Below are positions 10,960-23,500 of a stretch of DNA of 37,303 nt, in pieces (within the stretch, counting starts at the first letter, position 1; every line of letters starts with the position of its first letter). The DNA lies in contig WELB01000003.1 in NCBI GenBank assembly GCA_009602725.1, positions 1,159,496 through 1,196,798 of the forward strand, in the 5' to 3' direction. The position numbers and the translations under genes are program-made. The notes below the pieces were generated by a model. The model did no database searches, was not told the DNA's origin, and saw nothing but the letters and a program-made list of their open reading frames with translations. The DNA comes from Spirogloea muscicola. Taxonomy: Eukaryota.

Positions 10960-11550
10960 CCGAGCCGTGCTATCTGTGCAGGCCGCGCCTTAGCTGTTGC
11001 CGCCAGGTTCCGTCAGGGCGACGCCTTTCCGCCCTCTAGTTATTCTGACTTGCAGTTGTTGACTAGAGTTATTGAGAGCCCACTTGCTGACGTCTTGGAG
11101 ACTGGTATCCTGCTTTTCGCGCCATCCGGCCCTTTCAGACCTTGTCCACTCCTTTGGGCTGGCCTCTCACAGCCACTGCTGCCAACTTGAGCAGCTGAGC
11201 AACTGAGAGCTGTTTTCTTCTCTATATCTGGTTCACCTTGGAAGAGAAGGAGTAGCACTCTTGATGGGGGCAAGGGCTGTGAAAGCCAGCCCGAAAAGAG
11301 TTGACAAAGGTTCGAAGGGGCCATAAATGCTTAGCAGCTACGAAGGGGCCTGAAGAAGAGAAAGCGCGGCCAGAATTACTGGTGGCTGGAAAAGTCCAGC
11401 CCAAAGGAATGGACAAGGTCTGAAGGAGCCGGAGGGCGACGGACTAGGACGAAGACATCATCCAGGGGATGCTCAGTAACCTCTAGTCAGGAGATGCAAG
11501 TCTGAGTAGCTAGCCGGCGGAAAGACGTCGCCCTGACGGAAGCCGGAGGA
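10960..11550. mobile_element. Tail-to-tail pair of RLE element 3' ends forming a long imperfect inverted repeat
   Basis: Plus arm encodes AGRALAVAARFRQGDAFPPSSYSDLQLLTR, then ..CAGACCTTGTCCACTCCTTTGGGCTGG. Minus arm encodes SGFRQGDVFPPASYSDLHLLTRGY*, then ..CAGACCTTGTCCATTCCTTTGGGCTGG. Segment 11467-11548 is nearly identical to 761-859 apart from the 16-nt insertion. Confidence 0.8.
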
Positions 11551-11746
11551 GGCCTGAAGAAGCGGTGTAAGTATGTATGTTGGAAGAGCTGTTTCCGGTC
11601 GTGGCGCAGGTCGTGCCAGGCCCAAGCTGCAGCTAGCTCGGCTGACGGCGGGCTAGCTGGGACCGAGAGTTCCCGCGCGCTAGCTAACCAGAGAGCCCCC
11701 GCCGTTAACACGGGGGCCCCCCGACATGCGACCCGCGCGAGCGCCC

Positions 11747-11784
11747 GCCACGTGTAGAGGAGACTGGCGAGCCTGCCACGTGTC
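11747..11784 (+). promoter_or_regulatory. Paired ABRE/G-box elements
   Basis: GCCACGTGTA at 11747 and GCCACGTGTC at 11775, 45-80 bp upstream of the ATG at 11828. Confidence 0.55.
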
Positions 11785-11827
11785 AGGCGAGTGGTGGGAA
11801 GCGCCAGTCAGCAAAGCGGCGACGGCC

Positions 11828-11842
11828 ATGGCGGCGCCGCGA

Positions 11843-11879
<37 letters not shown>

Positions 11880-11979
11880 GGCTGNGGCCGAGGGCGAGAA
11901 GCCGGCGCCGAACCCGGAGGCCGACCCGGCGCCCGCGGGGTTCGACCCGGTGAGCAGCTGCTCCCGGCGCAGGTCCCAG

Positions 11980-12010
<31 letters not shown>

Positions 12011-12226
12011 TGCGGCGTGACTTGCGGAGCGGCCTGCCGACCTCGTGCCCTTGGCTGTGCGCAGGCGGCGGCGGAGGGAAAGACGTACGGCGGCGCCGCG
12101 GAGAAGCCGGGGCAGGCGGCAGAGCGCGCCGCGGACGCGCCGCAGGGGCACGAGGCGGACGGCGAGACGCTCGAGTCCACGGGCTTCGACATGTCCAAGA
12201 TGAGCCGCCCCGCCGGCGACGAGTAG
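11828..12226 (+). CDS. Small hydrophilic, acidic Ala/Gly/Glu/Pro-rich protein (LEA/hydrophilin-like), at least 2 exons; the N at 11885 probably hides a gap
   Basis: gccATGG start. After the N the frame reads AEGEKPAPNPEADPAPAGFDP, then an intron GTGAGC..TGCGCAG (11950-12064, phase 0), then AAAEGKTYGGAAEKPGQAAERAADAPQGHEADGETLESTGFDMSKMSRPAGDE*. Third codon positions are almost all G/C. Confidence 0.6.
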
Positions 12227-13043
12227 ACCGGGCGCCGCTGCAAGCCGTAGCTTGTGCATAACTTGCGCGTAACTTCTCGACACGACAACCGAGCATCTGC
12301 ATCTGGGTGTGTAAATGTGGGCGATCCGAGCTCCGATCGAGTCTTAAAGATTGTGAATTTTTACATCAGTGGCTCAATTCCACTTATAGACACGCAAGAA
12401 CTAGGCCAAGGACGGAGTCGAACCATCATCTGGCCCCCTTGGCGAGCGGCAATGCCGGCAGCCCAGCTGAGGCGCCTGCACAAAGTCCTCGTGGTGAGGG
12501 CCTCGCTGATGGTGGGGAGAACCGCAGAATGTGGACACCTAGCACAAGGAACGGAGCTGAAGTTATAGGGAGTAGCTGCTGGTGCTTGTTTCTCGGCACG
12601 AGAGTGGCAGATTCTCTCACTTAGAGCTGAAAGACCTGCAATTGAGGCTTGTGCAGTGTATGTTTGCAAGGACAGTTGCCTGAGCAACCCAGTTGTGTAT
12701 CAAGTTACCACTTGCTCTTTTTGGTCATCACTGCTGATGCAGGCAATGGTGCAATAATTAAAATTCTGTTCTCAGGGCTAGAGCTCCCCGTCTTTCATCA
12801 AATGAACATTACATGTTGGCCTCGGTTTTATACCATGCAGGCAGATGATCCAGAATGCTTGGTACTGGCATTTATATGCTATTTACCAAGCTATGCTACA
12901 CACTGCATGTTCCTACTTGGCTGAAGAGCAGATCCTTGTCAAAGATTGCAAATGCATTGCAGCCTAGGTGTCACGAATGCTTGAGCAAGTGTCACCTCTA
13001 TATTTGTACACGTATTTCAGCTGCATAAATAAAAGAATGACAT

Positions 13044-13091
13044 CAGAGACAAGAGGGCCTAGCTTGACAGAGACAAGAGGGCCTAGCTTGA
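13044..13091 (+). repeat. 24-bp perfect tandem duplication in the NFD4-like 3' UTR
   Basis: CAGAGACAAGAGGGCCTAGCTTGA occurs twice in tandem. Confidence 0.9.
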
Positions 13092-13133
13092 AAGGGCCTA
13101 ACTTTGACATAGCTGCTATTAGTGTACAAAAGG

Positions 13134-16100
13134 CTAATGCTTTCCTTGTTGGGAACTGTCAGTCACAGCTGTCACAGGCTTGCTCAAGCCCTCGACTGAG
13201 ATCCTCTTTCCTTCCTGCAGCTTACCGTAGAGCATTTTGTACACTGGTCTCGTCCTGACTATCAAAATGACGTTCAGGATCACTCCAACAAAGCAGACGC
13301 CCATCATGACAAAGAAGGTGAGACGGAAACAGTGAGCCCCAGTGCACTGCTGAGGAGCTGGCTCCGCGCTGTTGTGTGGTTCAAAGCTGCTGTACTGCTC
13401 ACGGTGGCCCTTAGCAGCCTCCCTGTCGTAGATGTAACCGGCAAGCAGGCCTGAGAATAGATACGAGCCTGCAGAACCCATTCTTGGGCCTCGTTAGCCT
13501 CACATTAATCAGTACATTTGGCATATTGCAATCTTACCTGGACAATTAAACAGAGATCCCAGAGAGGTCAACAAATTGCTTTGCAAGAGTGGCTGTACTC
13601 TAACCTGCTGGATTGGAAATCGTGAGAGTATTGTACAATATTCCAAAGTTCTTCAAGCCAAAGAGCTCAGATGCTGTTGCGGGCATAATTGCCCAGTGCG
13701 CACCATACCCTAGGCCTGCAAAAGAGATGCATGCTCAGGACAAGACCAATGACCTCCACACAAGCTCTCAATACCTGCATCCTCTCCAGGATGACCAGAA
13801 CCTTCAGAACAATCATGGATCACAAAATGATGCCCATCATGGTAAGTAGGACACTGGGCGCTTACCAATAAGCAATGAACCAATGTACAAGGAGCTGGGA
13901 ACAGCTAGAGCAAAGAGGAGGTGGCCAATCGACATGAGCAGTTGCATCATGGCAAGAATGATGGGTCGAGGCAATGCATGCTCCCTGCAACCAAGTACTC
14001 TGATATCTTAGCTCTTAAATGCTGGCGTGCCTTGACAGACATCTGTTAATCATGAAAGAGCAAAGAGCATCTTCACCTCTGATTACTTCCAGGTGTTTGA
14101 GGTAGTGCATGAGAGGTAGTGCATGAGATCACAAAGCCTACCTTACAACCTTCTCGGACAAGTAACCAGCACCAAGTCTCCCCAGAAAATTCCAGATGCT
14201 GACCATTGAGACAAATATGTTGACCGTGGTGTAGCCCTGGGCTTGCCCAATTTGGGCGAGGTTATTTATGGCCGTCATGCCAGAGCCGCAGCCGCAAACA
14301 CAGCCAAAAAACAAAAGCCAAAAGTCGGCCTTCACAACGGCCTGCAAAACAGACATGAGAAAGTACTCAATCTACAGACTCACTAAGAGCTTGCCATGGC
14401 TTGAACAGTGTCAAAATCACTAGACCAGAACCGTTCAACATGCTTGAAGTGTTCTGCGAGAAAGACATCGACTTGCCCAGCACTCTCTACATTCATTATT
14501 CCTTAGCAACCTCAAGCAGGCACTTGATGAAGCAGACCTGACTCAGGGTGAAGTCTTCGCCTCTGCGGGGCCCCTTCCTGCGCTTGACTGCACCTTCTCC
14601 CACAGCTAGCAGCAGCTGCGAAGTGATGCGCCTGACTGCAGGCACGAACATACAACAACGTAGTCATAACCACAATTTGGGGTGCAAAAAGGGAGCTCGT
14701 ACAAGGCTATGCTTGAGCCTTCAGTGAGACGACCATCATCTACATCATGCAACTGATGGAGCTGAGTATGTTGTCGGGCAGTAAAACTTTGTTGCAAACA
14801 AAGTAGAGCCGACTCAACCTGGAGCATGCCTAACGAAGGGCTCCACTGTCCTCTCCTCGTCCTCGTCAGTCTCAAGGACCTCCTCATCAGCATGTGAGAT
14901 GATTGGCCGTGGGCTGGCGCTGGTTCCTGAGTTCCTGACATCTGCTGCCTGTGATGGGTACTGCTCTTCGTTCTCTTCCTGTATGCTTTCGGAAGCAAGT
15001 GTGTCCTTCTCAGGAAGGAGATGCTCGTGCACTGCAGCCACATGTTGTTCCTGTTGACAATCACGACAACCTTTTCCATGTCAATGAGACAATGACAGAT
15101 GTCGGACATCTCCAGCTTATGTATTCATTGACCGACTACCTGAAGAGCAAGGCAAGTACTACAATTAGTGGAGTCACAGGAGGCCACTCCTATAAATCAG
15201 ACATAAGCACATTCTGCACTCACATTCTGAAGTGCTTCAAAGGCACCGCGGGCTCCCTTGAGGGACTTGTCAATGTATTTCATCAATGTGGACCTCACAG
15301 GTGTCACCAACGGCATAAACAGAATGGCAAGCATGACACCTGCAATTGCAGCATCGGCCTGTGCAGGCGATACAAAGGGAAGACAAGTGCTTGACTGCTT
15401 ATGATGGGTAGGGTTAAAAAAGGCGATTGCCACATCACAGAGAAAATGCAGGGGTCAACTTGTACTGCTTCGAAAACTTGGGTTGCATGTAAGCTTGAGT
15501 CCAAAATGCAGGACGTAGTCAAGCCACAAGTGCATTGCACTTGCTACAAAGACAACCGTCGATAAGGGACAGCTACAGCACCTCACGGCTGATGTATGTG
15601 AATTCCTGGACAAGCACAGCAACGGAGAGGTAGAAGGCAAGGAAGAGGCAGATGAAGTAGATGAAAGAGAAGTTGCTGTGTTCCTCTTCCTCACTCTCCT
15701 CCTGAACTTGATGTAGGGGTCGGAGGAAGAAGCAGACAGCAATGTTGACACTAAGTGGTAGCACAGAGATCAGGAGGAGAAATGAAACCTGCACAGGAAC
15801 ACCTGGTCAGTGCACTTGACCAGGTACTGCGCAAAACAGTGTCTGCAACATCATGGACCCTTTGAGAAGTCCACTGAAGCTATTGGCTATGCAGCACAAT
15901 TGCAATTAGTCCAGCAAACATGACCGAAGCTATGTCACTATATGACCAGGTCAACTTCTCCACCCGAATTCTGAACCCTTGTCTGCCAGCGGCTGCTCCC
16001 ATCTTGTGATCCGGTTTGCTGAGGATGCATCACCTGGTCAGGGCTGTAGATTGCCGTGTATAGCTGTGCAAAAACGGCTGCCCCGAGTCCCAGAAATCCT

Positions 16101-17063
16101 TTCAGAATCCCCACAACTTGGCCTCTGCTCTTAGGAAAATTGCGCACCACTGTGACGAGCACGGCTGTGTTGAACCATGTTGTCCCGTTTGTGCCAAGGC
16201 CAATAAGTGTGCACATCTATACCACCAGTCGGAGTAAAATGCTCAAAATCAGTGTCATAGCAGACGAGTATTCAAAGCAGAGTTCAGGCACTCAGATGAT
16301 GAGCCCACTCTCCCTTCACAGGACTTTGATAATCTGGAGCTGAGCAAATGAAGTGAAGTGCCAACCTGCCAGAACGGGAGCTGTGGGACTCTTCCGCTGG
16401 CAACCATCCACAAGCCCCCAAATCCCAGCAGATTCTACATTTGTGAAAGCGTGGAAGGTTGAGTTGTGTGGACGAAGTATGTAGACATAACACCTTCACT
16501 CATTTGCCAGTGGAGCAAGATCCGTACAATGCCTGTGATCTGGTAGCCCAGGCTATGCCTTTTGAGCTAACAGGAAACTGACACTGAGCCTGCTGGGTAC
16601 TAAGGCTTTCTACTATGGAGTGTGAGAAGCAACATAGAAAGGGCTCAATGTCTGCACGTGCTTATCGCATTTGTTATCTATGTCCCACCAAAGGTACTAC
16701 CCAGGTCAGCAGAAGCTTAAGCTTCCCAGTGCGAAGGCCTCGTTTTTTGAGCAATCATTTATAGACTAACTCTCAGTAACAGATCAAACTGCTCACCAGC
16801 GAGCCGCCCAGAAGCAGCATCCCAGCGGGCGGGAGGACATCACACAGCATCCCGGCGAGGATGCCCACGCTGTCGCCGACGTCCTTGGCGACGGCGAGGC
16901 TGGCGATCTGCTGCTGGCTGTACCGCAGGCGGCTCTTGAGCGCGGGCGAGTAGATGGCGAAGGTGTAGCTGCTGCCGGCGCAGGCGAGGATCCACATGCC
17001 GGCGACGAGGCCGAGCCAGCGGTTCTGGAGCAGCAGGCCCAGCGCTCGCCGCCAGCTGTCCAT
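13134..17063 (-). CDS. NFD4: Nodulin-like major facilitator superfamily transporter (NUCLEAR FUSION DEFECTIVE 4-like), about 11 exons
   Basis: NRWLGLVAGMWILACAGSSYTFAIYSPALKSRL..AKDVGDSVGILAG (17063-16797), GTNGTTWFNTAVLVTVVRNFPKSRGQVVGILKGFLGL (16216-16034), GEGAVKRRKGPRRGEDFTL (14635-14538), ADFWLLF..AINNLAQIG..SIWNFLGRLGAG, ASELFGLKNFG, GSYLFSGLLAGYIYD..CTGAHCFRLTF. Introns are GT-AG and phase-compatible. Confidence 0.92.
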
Positions 17064-17299
17064 GGCGGCGCCGCCGCAGGGGCCTCCTGCTCGGCCGCGC
17101 TCGCATTGCCGCCGTCGCCGACACTGTGAGACCGCACGGCGGCGGCGGCGGCGGTGCAGGCGCCGCGGGAAGTGAAGATAGATTTCACTTAGTGCCGGAA
17201 CCACTGCCGGAGCGGGAGACATAACGTCTTTTTTTCGCAGCTTCTTTGGGGGGTACTAATTAGAGCTGTCTCGGGGTGCCTCTTTTAGCGACCAATTTG

Positions 17300-19760
17300 T
17301 GCTGACTCGTGGTTACTGAGCGGGTCAGCTTAGCAGCAGGTGACGTATATTGGTCAATGTGCTTGCCTTTGTACTTGGCCACACATGGCCTCCCCATCTC
17401 TTAATACACACCCTTTCCTTTTCCAGCTGCAAGTTACTCCGACTTGCTGCTGCTAACCCGGGGTTACTAAGCTTCCTTCCGCTGCTGTAGCTTTGTGCAT
17501 TTCTTTTTGGGCTGGCTTTTCGCAGCCCTTGCCCCCATTGGGATTCGCAGCCCTTGCCCCATTGGGAGTGCCACTTCTTCTTTTCACAGCCTGCAGCCTC
17601 TGGCTTTCGTCAGGGGGATTGCTGTAGCTGCTTTGTTTTTTCTTGTGTGCTTGTCATTTCTGCTGCTTCGCCTTAGGGCTTCGCCTGGCTTCCCCCCCAC
17701 TCTTCTTGTACTCTGTTCATTCTTTTTTGGGCTGGCTGTTCCAGCCCATATTCTCAATGGGCGAGCCCTTCTTCTTTTTCCAATTCGGACGCGCTGCTCT
17801 TTTCCGGCTGCTTGTCTTTCCTGATTTACGGCTTCCACATTAGAGTTTACTAAGCGATTATCCTGCTGGGAAAGTAGGCTCTTCCACGAGGAGAGCCACT
17901 TCCCCCCATTGGGGAACTGGGGACTTTGTTCATTTCTTTGTTGGGCTGGCTTGTCCAGCCCCTCTCCTCATTGGGAGTGACACTTCGTTTATGATGGGGA
18001 GTGGACAATAGACCTCGTGGAAGAGAAGAAGAACGCTTACGATCGCCCTCGGCCCCAACTGTGGCAAAAAGTCGGAACGTCAAAAGACCTTCTCGCCCCC
18101 CCGGGGCGCTGTGGCAAGCATACATTGGCCACTGTCTGACCGCAGGACACGTGTCCTAGGGCACCTGCTTGTGCCACGTGGCAGCTTCCTTGGGTCCCGC
18201 CGACATCGCCTGGGGGTTGACGGCCGTCCGGCTCCCCCTCCCGGCCGCGGGGTGCCGACTCCGTGCTCCTCGCCCCAAGCCCTGAACCCCAACTCCTGGT
18301 CGTTCTTTCTGGGCTAACATTTCACAGTCCTCGCCCCCTCTTACTTCGGCACTTCCGGCCATCCTTCCCCACCCCCCCATCCCTCCTGCTATGGATGCTG
18401 CCTCACTCCTCCTCTTGCAGCTCCAGCAGGACAGGATGTCAAGGCCCCAATCGTGGCACTTCCAGCCCTCTTCCCACCCCCACCCCTCCATTCCTCCTGG
18501 CACTGCTGCTGCCTCACTCCACTAGCAGCTCCAGTAGCTGCTAGATGCTAGTTGCTACGTCATAAGATGTGCTTACCTTTGTACTTGGCCATACTGGCCT
18601 TCGATTGTTTCAAATACACGAAATTCACCCTCTTACTGCTGTGAAGAAGAAAGAGGGCGATGGCTGTGTTTGGCTAGCCCAGAAAAGACTGAAGAAAGTT
18701 GTAAGAAAAAGCGCGCCCAGATTGACTGGTGGCTGTGAGAGGCCAGCCCAAAAAGGAATGGACAAGGTTTGGAGGAGCCGGATGGTGCAGAAAGCAAGGT
18801 ACTAGGAGTTGTAAGGGGCCAGGAACGCTCTAATGCGCCATCCGGCTCCTCCAGACCTTGTCCACTCCTTCAGAAGAGAGAGAAGGCGCGCGGGGCGCAT
18901 GAAGAAGTGGTACTCCCAATGGGGGCAAGGGCTGCCAAAAGCCAGCCAGCCAGCCAGCCAGCCTCCTTCAGAACGCAAGCGCGGCCAGATTGACTGGTGG
19001 CTGGGAGAGGCCAGCCCAAAGGAATGGTCTGAAGAAGCCGGAGTGCTAAGGACTAAGACATCAGCAACGAGACTGGGCTGGCCTCTTACAGCCACCAGTC
19101 AATCTGGACGCGCTGTTGTCTAATGCAACTGCGACTCAAGTGGCCACTGGTGCTCAATATCCCTTGTTGACCAGCCGCAGGCCCAGAGAAATCAGTCTCC
19201 AGGTAGCGGGTCCCCTGTATATAGACAGAAGTGGCACTCCAAATGGAGTATAGTAAGAGATGAAGAGGTGGGCTGGCGGTGGGCTGGCCTCTCTTGCAGG
19301 TGCATCGTTTGCTCTTCTCGGTTCCCTACATGTGCTCACTCGTGGGTACCAGAGCCCCCCCTGCAGATTGCTTTTTCCACTTTGCTACCTTTGCCCCTCA
19401 TAGCTTTTCCCATGTACTTCGATTACAAACACTGCACCACTAGCTTGCTTCTACCTCCCTTACATGCCGCGCGAACCGCGCGCCTTTCTCTCGTTCATCT
19501 TGCAGCGGTTGGCACGCGCCTTGCATACTTCGAGCTGATCATGCGCAAGCTGCAGCCTCTGGCTATTGCCAAGGGGACTGCTTGTCGGCTGCTAGTCTCT
19601 CTGACATGCGGCTGGCTTACTAAGAATTACTGAGTGACCAATCCTTTGTAGCACTTGTATAACTGTGTGTAGAACGCTTTCCGGCCCCTTCGGACCTCGG
19701 TCATTCTTTTCGGCCTGGCCTCTCACAGCGAGGCCTCTCACAGCCCTCTCCCACTGTAAT
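17300..19760. mobile_element. Cluster of degenerate RLE element 3' ends and hairpin modules in mixed orientation
   Basis: Terminal motifs: ACTCGTGGTTACTGAG (17305), GGGGTTACTAAG (17460), ACTCGTGGGTAC (19338), LTKNY* (19633). AASG-type coding remnants at 17592 and 19549. Hairpin modules at 17508, 17728, 17943, 18730, 18929, 19000, 19076 and 19731. Confidence 0.78.
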
Positions 19761-20568
19761 AGTGCTCATTCTCACAGACCTCGCTCCGTTTGGAAGAGCT
19801 TGCTTCTTCTCGCAGCCAACCCCGTACTTTGGAAGAGCTGGTTTGGTTGGGCCTATTTCTCCTGTATGCATCTGGCTGGCATGTCACAGCCGATTCCTAA
19901 TATCAGCAGCCGCATTGATAGGAGAAGTCCTAAAAAAGTGGCTTCATAAGTTTGGCGCCTTCCGGCTCTTTCGAACCTTCGGGCTGCCCTCTCTCGAACC
20001 TTCGGGCTGCCCTCTCAGACACCTTGCCTTACATTGAAAGAGCTGTTCGATTAGCCCCCCTTGGCGTAGGGCTTTGCTTATGTAACCCCTGTTCATTGCT
20101 CTAGCCTTTGCTTGAGCAGTATTGTGGCCATGGCCTCCCTTTCCTTTCATGCGCACAACACGCCTCTCCCGTCCTGGGGGCTGGGCATTCAAAGCCCTCG
20201 CCCCTTCAGAAGAGCTGCTTTTCCAAGGGTCTCCCCACCCCATTTCCTCACATGCACTTTTTCACATTTTCTCACAAGCACGCAAACCCACACACCCCCG
20301 TATGACCTGCACATTAAGACTCTGAACTGGGCGAGTGATGCAGTTCCGCATGCCAGGTTGCACCTAGAGTCAGCAATGTGCTGGTGGCCTTCAAATTATT
20401 CGCCGCGATCCTTTGTCGATGAGTCCGGAGTGTAGCCTTAAGCGAGTACAACGAGGCGCAGCTACACTGCAAGGTGCTCATGACCAAGTGCTCAATTTCT
20501 GAAGGGCAAATGCGTGGCTGGAACAGGTGCACAAGCTTTTCTCTGCTGACCTATTTCAGTATTAGGAT

Positions 20569-23500
20569 CTAGAACAGCTTGAGGTAACGTTTGATCTCCC
20601 AGTCAGACACGTGGCAGTGGTACTCTTCCCACTCCTTGCTCTTGTAGTCCACAAATGCCTTGAACATGCTCTCACCAAAGACGGCCTTGCTGAGAGGATC
20701 GGCTGCACAATGACAAGGAGAGGTGGCATTAACCGCTGCTTGCAAGCGTCACACAAAAAGCAGCAGTTTCAAAAGCATCGGAAAACTCGACACAGATGTA
20801 CGCTCTCTTCACCTGCAAAGGCTTCCACAGCTTCGCCTAACGTCCGTGGGAGCATGCTTATATTCTTCTCTTTCAGCTCCTCCAAGCTGTACTTATACAT
20901 GTTCTCCATGTGAGGCTCGCCTGAATCCAGATTATTCTTGACACCTTCTAAGCCTGCAGCTAGAATCATCGCCGCCCCTGTGCAAAAGCACGGATGCTGG
21001 TCCTAAGGTGGCGCTCTTGTTTAGCATGCGATATCTACACAGAGTACTACCATCTAAACAGGCCCCTCGAAGCAGATTAACTTGATGCTCACCGAGGTAG
21101 AGGTTGGTGGATATGTCAGCAGCTCGGCACTCCACCCGCCCTCCACTCATAGGAATTCTAAGCATGTTTGTGCGATTGTTTCCCCCATAACACACATACA
21201 CTGGAGCCCACGTAAAGCCTGACATGCTCCCCTGTGCAATGAGGCGCTTGTAACTACAACAGCAGCGTGTCAAGTCAGTCTCAATGCTTCAGCACACAGC
21301 TGGATGTGCAATGCGAGAGCGCTCCTGCTTGCTCCTTACTTAGAGGCAAAAATTTGATTGGCGCAGAAATACATCACCTGTTCACAGTAGGGGCAATGAC
21401 TGCACAAATAGCAGGTGCATGTAACAGAATGCCAGCAATGAAGCTGTAGCCAAGTGCAGACAGGCCGCAGCCTTTTGGGTCCTTCTCGGACACAAATAGG
21501 TTCTCCCCGCTTTTCGCATCCGCCAACGACATGTTATAATGGGCTCCACTACCTGCACAGGGCTCGGAGGATGTATTTGCTACATACTGTGAAGTGCACC
21601 ACATAAAGTGCTGGTCTGAGGTGAATTTTGGGCCGTACTCAAGCATTCCCTGAAGCAAGCGACAGTAGCAGTAATGCACCTGTTCGGTCACCAAAGGGCT
21701 TGGGCATGAAACTCGCAAAGTATCCATGTTGGTGAGCAATCTCCTTCGCCATCAGCCGGAAGAATGCGAAGCGGTCAGCCATGGTCAAGGCATCGCTGTT
21801 CAGATGCAGCAAGATCTGGATCAGTTAGTTGTGAGATGAAGATGTGTACCAGAATCTGAAAATTGCGCACACATCTCTGAAAGTCAGCTGAGCACAGTAG
21901 AATGTCTTGGAGAAAGCTGCACAAAAAAGAGGAAGTTTCACCTGTAGCCAAAATCCGTCTCAAATTGGCCATTGCCATCCTCGTGGTCAAAGGAGTACAC
22001 ATCCCAACCCAGATTATTCATCGCCTGCAGTGAAGCGATCAGCGTACAAAGGGTATACATGACTGAGATGTGGAGGATCATGTGCAGCTAATTTTGTGAG
22101 AGCTGAATGACTTAGCTGTTCAGCTTGAAGTTTGTCACATAAGACCGATATTGTCCCTAGCTTACGAATGCATCAACAGTGGAACCATGGCACCCCGCAG
22201 TGTAATAGGTCATTCGCTGGCCTGTCTTTGCTTGCTCTTTGCTGTAAGGGTCACACTCATATGTAGGCTTCGCAAATTACACAAGGGCACAGAGCAAAAG
22301 GAGGAGGGCCCAAAGCTTGTGCAGGTCCTCCGGACCTGCACAATCTGGTCAACCCAATCGTAGTTGTCCAGAAAGCCAGTAACGTCGTATGCGGGCTTGT
22401 CAAGCACATCGCGCTCGCTCATTGGGGCAAATTTGCCATTTGGCAGCTCTGAGCAACAGAAAGAAGCTGGATTATGACGTGTGCAAAGGGGGACCGACAC
22501 ATACAAATGTTGGTATGATGGGCACGCAAGAGCTAGCCAAACCTACACAAGCTAAGAAATCAGCAGGCACACCAACACAAGACTACCAGAGGTCGTGCAT
22601 CGGCCGTTGTGTTTTGAAGGCATTGTTGTTGAAGGGATATCATCAAACTCCTGGTACTTGGGCCTATGCTTGACAAGCTAGCAAAAGCTGTGGTTGTGTA
22701 TGCATATGGTTTCTCTCCTATCTACTACCACGGCTGGAAGACCTGCCAAGAGAATCGCCAAGGGCTTACCCTTGAAAACATAAAACTCAGTCTCAATGCC
22801 GAGGTTGAAGGTGTATCCCAACTCCAGGGCTGCAGCCAGCTGCCGCTTCAGTATACCGCGGCTGCAGGCCTCAAACGGCTTTCCTGCAAGCGTCAGCATG
22901 TCGTACTGATTGACTAGAGGAGTCGCTGGCCTGTATAAGTGAAAGACTCTTTGCTTGCTTACTAGCATCTACAGGACAGTCGCATCTGTTAGCAAATGGT
23001 CAAGGCGTTGGCACTGCAAGTCGGGCTGTGTATCTACTATACAGCTTGATGGTACTGAGTGAGCGTTTCTGGCAGAAGGAGGCAATTGTGCGCGGCTATG
23101 CTCACCTTGCAAGTATAGGTCGCTGGGAAACCACACCACTTCTTTTTTCCATGGTAGGATAATGCACCTGCAATGGAAGCAGAGTGTCACAACCTGAGCT
23201 GTCAAAGTGCTCGTTGCTTGGCACTAGAGCATGCTGTCCTGTTCTGCCCTGCATTGCTGCATACTGTTGTGCAGGTATCTGCTGAGCTGCGTAACGATCT
23301 GCCATGAGATACAGCTGTGCAGCTGCTGATGTTCTTGCAGGAAAACACAAGCTCCCCAAGCGTACAGTATGAAGGATGCGAGTCAATGACATACTTGAGC
23401 ACCACAAAGAGGTTGCATGGAAGAAGGAGCCTAAGTACTTGACTACATATGTCAAGACAGCATTCAAGTTTTCTTGCAGCCAAGAGTGAGTCCTGGGTGT

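Noticed and set aside
10794..11039. Possible extra C-terminal TM exon of the BAGP1-like gene (ACICLSIIMQVWLV)
   Set aside because: It is preceded by an in-frame stop, no convincing splice link was found, and its 3' part is retroelement-derived.
11783..12283. Minus-strand ORFs, including a CPCG metallothionein-like peptide
   Set aside because: These are the antisense shadow of the plus-strand gene, whose splice sites and codon bias are more convincing.
13785..13850. Possible degenerate copy of the last NFD4-like exon inside an intron (GCCCATCATG shared with ~13299)
   Set aside because: Similarity is too short and weak to distinguish from chance by eye.
19972..20016. 23-bp tandem duplication (CGAACCTTCGGGCTGCCCTCTC..)
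   Set aside because: Ordinary slippage duplication with only two copies.
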